A program made the position numbers and the translations under genes. Source: Eledone cirrhosa (taxonomy: Eukaryota). From it: a DNA stretch of 64,000 nt. The notes below the pieces were generated by a model. The model had not been told where the DNA came from, made no database searches, and saw only the letters and a list, made by a program, of their open reading frames with translations. The stretch is taken from NCBI GenBank assembly GCA_964016885.1, contig OZ024756.1, positions 12,586,001-12,650,000 of the forward strand, in the 5' to 3' direction. Below are positions 56,468 through 64,000 of this stretch, piece after piece; position 1 is the stretch's first letter; each line of letters starts with the position of its first letter.

Positions 56468-56926
56468 ACACACATACATATATATATATAGACACACATA
56501 CATATGTATATATACACATACATATATATACACACATACACATATATATATATACACACACATACATATATACACACATACACAGACACACACACACAAA
56601 TAAATATATATACATACATATATATACACACACATATATATACACACATACACACAAATACACACACACACATATATATATACAAACAAACATATATTCA
56701 CACACACACAAACATATATATATACATACACACACACTAATATATACACATATATATATATATATATACACACATACATATATACACACCCACTTAGATA
56801 CATACATATATATACATACACACACATATACAACCCATGCTAGCATGGAAGATAGACGTTAAACGAAGATGATGATGATGATGATGATATACACACACTT
56901 AGATATATACATACATATATATACAT

Positions 56927-56957
<31 letters not shown>

Positions 56958-57302
56958 CACACATACACTAGCTATACATCTCTATGTGATATGAGGAAGA
57001 AGTATCAGTTTACAGGTAAAAGTCAGGAGAGAACTAAATTCATATAATGTTCACAATCTGAATACAGTCACTCCTAGAAGCAGTTAACTTGGTTGGTTGG
57101 TGGAGCTAAACAGCATCTGTCGCTACCAGCTCCAGCACCACCACCACCACTAACATCACCAATAACAACACCAACATTAATATTATCACCACCACTAACA
57201 CCACCACCAACACCATCATCACCACCACTAACACCACAACCACCACTACTACTACCATCAACATCACTAACATCACCACCAACAACTCCACTAATAACAC
57301 CA

Positions 57303-60300
57303 CCAGTTATCCCAGCAATGGCTGGACATGTCCTTACAGTCACAGACTGGTCACTACTCTGCCAGTTATACCAGCAATGGTTGGACATGTCCTTACAATC
57401 ACAGACTGGTCACTACTCTGCCAGTTATCCCAGCAATGGTTGGACATGTCCTTACAATCACAGACTGGTCACTACTCTGCCAGTTATCCCTGCAATGGTT
57501 GGACATGTCCTTACAGTCACTGACTGGTCACTACTCTGCCACTAATCTCAGCAATGGTTAGACATGTCCTTACAGTCACAGACTGGTCACTACTCTGCCA
57601 GTTATCCCAGCAATGGTTGGACATGTCCTTACAGTCACAGACTGGTCACTACTCTGCCAGTTATCCCAGCAATGGTTAGACATGTCCTTACAATCACAGA
57701 CTGGTCATTATTCTGCCAGTTATCCCTGCAGTGGCTAGACATGACCTTACAATCACAGACTGGTCATTATTCTGCCAGTTATCCCAGCAATGGTTGGACA
57801 TGTCTTTACAGTCACAGATTGGTCACTTCTCTGCCACTAATCTCAGCAATGGTTGGACATGTCCTTACAGTCACAGACTGGTCACTACTCTGCCACTAAT
57901 CTCAGCAATGGTTGGACATGTCCTTACAGTCACAGACTGGTCACTACTCTGCCACTAATCTCAGCAATGGTTGGACATGTCCTTACAGTCACAGACTGGT
58001 CACTACTCTGCCACTAATCTCAGCAATGGTTGGACATGTCCTTACAGTCATAGACTGGTCACTACTCTGCCACTAATCTCAGCAATGGTTGGACATGTCC
58101 TTACAGTCACAGACTGGTCACTACTCTGCCAGTTATCCTAGCAATGGTTGGACATGTCTTTACAGTCACAGATTGGTCACTACTCTGCCACTAATCTCAG
58201 CAATGGTTGGACATGTCCTTACAGTCACAGACTGGTCACTACTCTGCCAGTTATCCCAGCAATGGTTGGACATGTCCTTACAGTCACAGACTGGTCACTA
58301 CTCTGCCAGTTATCCCAGCAATGGTTGGACATGTCCTTACAGTCACAAACTGGTCACTACTCTGCCAGTTATCCCAGCAATGGTTGGACATGTCCTTACA
58401 GTCACATACTGGTCACTACTTTGCCAGTTATCCCAGCAATGGTTGGACATGTCATTACAGTCACTGACTGGTCACTACTCTGCCAGTTATCCCAGCAATG
58501 GTTAGACATGTCCTTACAGTCACAGACTGGTCACTACTCTGCCAGTTATCCCTGCAGTGGCTAGACATGACCTTACAATCACAGACTGGTCATTATTCTG
58601 CCAGTTATACCAGCAATGGTTGGACATGTCCTTACAGTCACAGACTGGTCACTACTCTGCCACTAATCTCAGCAATGGTTGGACATGTCCTTACAATCAC
58701 AGACTGGTCACTACTCTGCCAGTTATCCCAGCAATGGTTGGACATGTCCTTACAATCACAGACTGGTCACTACTCTGCCAGTTATCCCTGCAATGGTTGG
58801 ACATGTCCTTACAGTCACTGACTGGTCACTACTCTGCCACTAATCTCAGCAATGGTTAGACATGTCCTTACAGTCACAGACTGGTCACTACTCTGCCAGT
58901 TATCCCAGCAATGGTTGGACATGTCCTTACAGTCACAGACTGGTCACTACTCTGCCAGTTATCCCAGCAATGGTTAGACATGTCCTTACAATCACAGACT
59001 GGTCATTATTCTGCCAGTTATCCCTGCAGTGGCTAGACATGACCTTACAATCACAGACTGGTCATTATTCTGCCAGTTATCCCAGCAATGGTTGGACATG
59101 TCTTTACAGTCACAGATTGGTCACTTCTCTGCCACTAATCTCAGCAATGGTTGGACATGTCCTTACAGTCACAGACTGGTCACTACTCTGCCACTAATCT
59201 CAGCAATGGTTGGACATGTCCTTACAGTCACAGACTGGTCACTACTCTGCCACTAATCTCAGCAATGGTTGGACATGTCCTTACAGTCACAGACTGGTCA
59301 CTACTCTGCCACTAATCTCAGCAATGGTTGGACATGTCCTTACAGTCATAGACTGGTCACTACTCTGCCACTAATCTCAGCAATGGTTGGACATGTCCTT
59401 ACAGTCACAGACTGGTCACTACTCTGCCAGTTATCCTAGCAATGGTTGGACATGTCTTTACAGTCACAGATTGGTCACTACTCTGCCACTAATCTCAGCA
59501 ATGGTTGGACATGTCCTTACAGTCACAGACTGGTCACTACTCTGCCAGTTATCCCAGCAATGGTTGGACATGTCCTTACAGTCACAGACTGGTCACTACT
59601 CTGCCAGTTATCCCAGCAATGGTTGGACATGTCCTTACAGTCACAAACTGGTCACTACTCTGCCAGTTATCCCAGCAATGGTTGGACATGTCCTTACAGT
59701 CACATACTGGTCACTACTTTGCCAGTTATCCCAGCAATGGTTGGACATGTCATTACAGTCACTGACTGGTCACTACTCTGCCAGTTATCCCAGCAATGGT
59801 TAGACATGTCCTTACAGTCACAGACTGGTCACTACTCTGCCAGTTATCCCTGCAGTGGCTAGACATGACCTTACAATCACAGACTGGTCATTATTCTGCC
59901 AGTTATACCAGCAATGGTTGGACATGTCCTTACAGTCACAGACTGGTCACTACTCTGCCACTAATCTCAGCAATGGTTGGACATGTCCTTACAGTCACAG
60001 ACTGGTCACTACTCTGCCAGTTATCCCAGCAATGGTTAGACATGTCCTTACAGTCACAGACTGGTCACTACTCTGCCAGTTATCCCAGCAATGGTTAGAC
60101 ATGTCCTTACAGTCACAGACTGGTCACTACTCTGCCACTAATCTCAGCAATGGTTGGACATGTCCTTACAGTCACATACTGGTCACTACTCTGCCAGTTA
60201 TCCCAGCAATGGTTGGACATGTCATTACAGTCACAGACTGGTCACTACTCTGCCAGTTATCCCAGCAATGGTTAGACATGTCCTTACAGTCACAGACTGG

Positions 60301-62637
60301 TCACTACTCTGCCAGTTATCCCAGCAATGGTTAGACATGTCCTTACAGTCACAGACTGGTCACTACTCTGCCACTAATCTCAGCAATGGTTGGATATGTC
60401 CTTACAGTCACATACTGGTCACTACTCTGCCAGTTATCCCAGCAATGGTTGGACATGTCATTACAGTCACAGACTGGTCACTACTCTGCCAGTTATCCCA
60501 GCAATGGTTAGACATGTCCTTACAATCACAGACTGGTCATTATTCTGCCAGTTATACCAGCAATGGTTGGACATGTCCTTACAGTCACTACTCTGCCAGT
60601 TATCCTAGCAATGGTTGGACATGTCATTACAATCACAGACTGGTCACTACTCTGCCACTAATCTCAGCAATGGTTGGACATGTCCTTACAGTCACAGACT
60701 GGTCACTACTCTGCCAGTTATCCCAGCAATGGTTGGACATGTCCTTACAGTCATAGACTGGTCACTACTCTGCCAGTTATCCCAGCAATGGTTGGACATG
60801 TCCTTACAGCCATAGACTGGTCACTACTCTGCCAGTTATCCCAGCAATGGTTGGACATGTCCTTACAGCCATAGACTGGTCACTACTCTGCCAGTTATCC
60901 CAGCAATGGTTGGACATGTCCTTACAATCACAGACTGGTCACTACTCTGCCAGTTATCCCAGCAATGGTTGGACATGTCCTTACAGCCATAGACTGGTCA
61001 CTACTCTGCCAGTTATCCCAGCAATGGTTGGACATGTCCTTACAGCCATAGACTGGTCACTACTCTGCCAGTTATCCCAGCAATGGTTGGACATGTCCTT
61101 ACAGCCATAGACTGGTCACTACTCTGCCACTAATCTCAGCAATGGTTGGACATGTCCTTACAATCATAGACTGGTCACTACTCTGCCAGTTATCTCTGCA
61201 ATGGTTGGACATGTCCTTACAGTCACAGACTGGTCACTACTCTGCCAGTTATCCCAGCAATGGTTGGACATGTCCTTACAGCCATAGACTGGTCACTACT
61301 CTGCCACTAATCTCAGCAATGGTTGGACATGTCCTTACAGCCATAGACTGGTCACTACTCTGCCAGTTATCCCAGCAATGGTTGGACATGTCCTTACAAT
61401 CACAGACTGGTCACTACTCTGCCAGTTATCCCAGCAATGGTTGGACATGTCCTTACAGCCATAGACTGGTCACTACTCTGCCAGTTATCCCAGCAATGGT
61501 TGGACATGTCCTTACAGCCATAGACTGGTCACTACTCTGCCAGTTATCCCAGCAATGGTTGGACATGTTTTTACAGTCACAGACTGGTCACTACTCTGCC
61601 ACTAATCTCAGCAATGGTTGGACATGTCATTACAATCACAGACTGGTCACTACTCTGCCAGTTATCCCAGCAATGGTTGGACATGTCCTTACAGCCATAG
61701 ACTGGTCACTACTCTGCCAGTTATCCCAGCAATGGTTGGACATGTCCTTACAGCCATAGACTGGTCACTACTCTGCCAGTTATCCCAGCAATGGTTGGAC
61801 ATGTCCTTACAGCCATAGACTGGTCACTACTCTGCCACTAATCTCAGCAATGGTTGGACATGTCCTTACAGTCACAGACTGGTCACTACTCTGCCACTAA
61901 TCTCAGCAATGGTTGGACATGTCCTTACAGTCACAGACTGGTCACTACTCTGCCACTAATCTCAGCAATGGTTGGACATGTCATTACAATCACAGACTGG
62001 TCACTACTCTGCCACTAATCTCAGCAATGGTTGGACATGTCATTACAATCACAGACTGGTCACTACTCTGCCAGTTATCCCAGCAATGGTTGGACATGTC
62101 CTTACAGCCATAGACTGGTCACTACTCTGCCAGTTATCCCTGCAATGGTTGGACATGTCCTTACAATCACAGACTGGTCACTACTCTGCCAGTTATCCCA
62201 GCAATGGTTGGACATGTCCTTACAGCCATAGACTGGTCACTACTCTGCCAGTTATCCCAGCAATGGTTGGACATGTCCTTACAGCCATAGACTGGTCACT
62301 ACTCTGCCAGTTATCCCTGCAATGGTTGGACATGTCCTTACAATCACAGACTGGTCACTACTCTGCCAGTAATCCCAGCAATGGTTGGACATGTCCTTAC
62401 AGCCATAGACTGGTCACTACTCTGCCAGTTATCCCAGCAATGGTTGGACATGTCCTTACAGCCATAGACTGGTCACTACTCTGCCAGTTATCCCTGCAAT
62501 GGTTGGACATGTCCTTACAATCACAGACTGGTCACTACTCTGCCAGTAATCCCAGCAATGGTTGGACATGTCCTTACAATCACAGACTGGTCACTACTCT
62601 GCCAGTTATCCCAGCAATGGCTGGACATGTCCTTACA
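57303..62637. repeat. 59-bp satellite with a 1298-bp (22-monomer) higher-order duplication
   Basis: Unit ccagttatcccagcaatggttggacatgtccttacagtcacagactggtcactactctg; identical ORF translations are offset by exactly 1298 bp. Confidence 0.99.
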
Positions 62638-62938
62638 GACACATTTTATTGTGGTGCCTACGCTAGGGAAGTTGTCATCTCTTTGGTATAGTTCTCCCTG
62701 GTCCTTTGTTTGGCAGGTTTTCTACGACAGGATGACCTTCCTATCATCAACCTCTTTACAGAGTGTACTGGGTGTGGTTATCAACTGGATCACCATACAT
62801 ACTGTTTTAGCTGTTCCAGCCATCCAGCTGAGGCCATGCTGGGCCATGGGCAAGACTAAATCAAAACGGGTTTTTGTGAAATATCAGTACGTAGAGTTGT
62901 TGTGTGAAGAAGAATTCACCCATCCAATGAACTGTACA

Positions 62939-63165
62939 CATCATCATCATCATCATCATCATCATCACTATCATCACCACCACCACAACCATCATCACCA
63001 TCACCGCCATCATTACCACCACCACCATCATCATCATTACCACCACCATCACAATCATCACCACCACCACCGCCATCAGAATCACCACCACCACCGCCAC
63101 CACCACCACCACCACCACCACCACCACCACCACAACCATCATCATCATCATCATCAATATCAACC
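62939..63165. repeat. (CAY)n trinucleotide repeat
   Basis: Direct. Confidence 0.95.
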
Positions 63166-63216
63166 ACTATCCCCATCACAATAGCAGCAGAGGTCAGTTG
63201 ATAGCATCCTCTCAAA

Positions 63217-64000
63217 CCCTTTAGCATTTAAACCGGCCATATCCAGCCAGAATTCTCTCACCTCTTTCTGTTCAAACTGGCTGTAACTGGCCACTCATAC
63301 TGATCTTAAGGTATTGTTCTCAAAATAAATAATATCAAAATATCGTAGATTCGATAATATTGTGAGATATTATGTGAGGTAAAGCCTTTACTGTGAAAAT
63401 ACAATAGTAAATATAGAGTAATGTAAATGTTATGTGAGATATTATGTGAGGTAAAGCCTTTACTGTGAAAATACAATAGTAAATATAGAGTAATGTAAAT
63501 GTTATGTGAGATATTATGTGAGGTAAAGCCTTTACTGTGAAAATACAATAGTATATATAGAGTAATGTAAATGTTATGTGAGGTAAAGCCTTTACTGTGA
63601 AAATACAATAGTATATATAGAGTAATGTAAATGTTATGTGAGATATTATGTGAGGTAAAGTCTTTACTGTGAAAATACAATAGTATATATAGAGTAATGT
63701 AAATGTTATGTGAGGTAATTATGTGAGGTAAAGCCTTTACCATGAAAATACAATAGTATATATAGAGTAATGTAAATGTTATGTGAGGTAATTATGTGAG
63801 GTAAAGCCTTTACCATGAAAATACAATAGTATATATAGAGTAATGTAAATGTTATGTGAGGTAATTATGTGAGGTAAAGCCTTTACCATGAAAATACAAT
63901 AGTATATATAGAGTAATGTAAATGTTATGTGAGGTAATTATGTGAGGTAAAGCCTTTACCATGAAAATACAATAGTATATATAGAGTAATGTAAATGTTA
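63217..64000. repeat. piggyBac-type MITE whose internal segment is amplified as a 60/73-bp tandem array
   Basis: 63217-63345 matches 50570-50690; the array unit matches 50700-50772. Confidence 0.9.

Noticed and set aside
57093-63184. Many overlapping ORFs and a poly-His protein
   Set aside because: Translations of the 59-bp satellite (not a multiple of 3) and of (CAY)n.

Overview
Eukaryotic, AT-rich, repeat-dense animal DNA. The SINE families, RTE LINEs, abundant (TA)n and tandem C2H2 gene suggest an octopod cephalopod; this is inference from recalled repeat sequences, not from a search. Two host protein-coding ORFs are supported: a 425-aa double-LOTUS (TDRD5/TDRD7-type N-terminus) protein with no Tudor domain (8093-9370, +) and a 761-aa C2H2 zinc-finger protein (44820-47105, -). 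The rest is transposon debris (hAT, Helitron, mariner/pogo/piggyBac MITEs, RTE, CR1, R4/Dong with a nested CRE-like element, tRNA-derived SINEs), three large satellites (36, 29 and 59 bp units), microsatellites and a 200-N gap. Hidden structure: (i) about ten type-I hammerhead-ribozyme folds in Penelope-like/retrozyme-like repeats and fold-back palindromes, one with a compensatory U3-A8 core; (ii) an LTR plus tRNA-Trp PBS fragment inserted without a target-site duplication, which looks like captured plus-strand strong-stop cDNA; (iii) several satellites arising from transposon pieces. All RNA folds and alignments were done by eye and coordinates may be off by a few bases.
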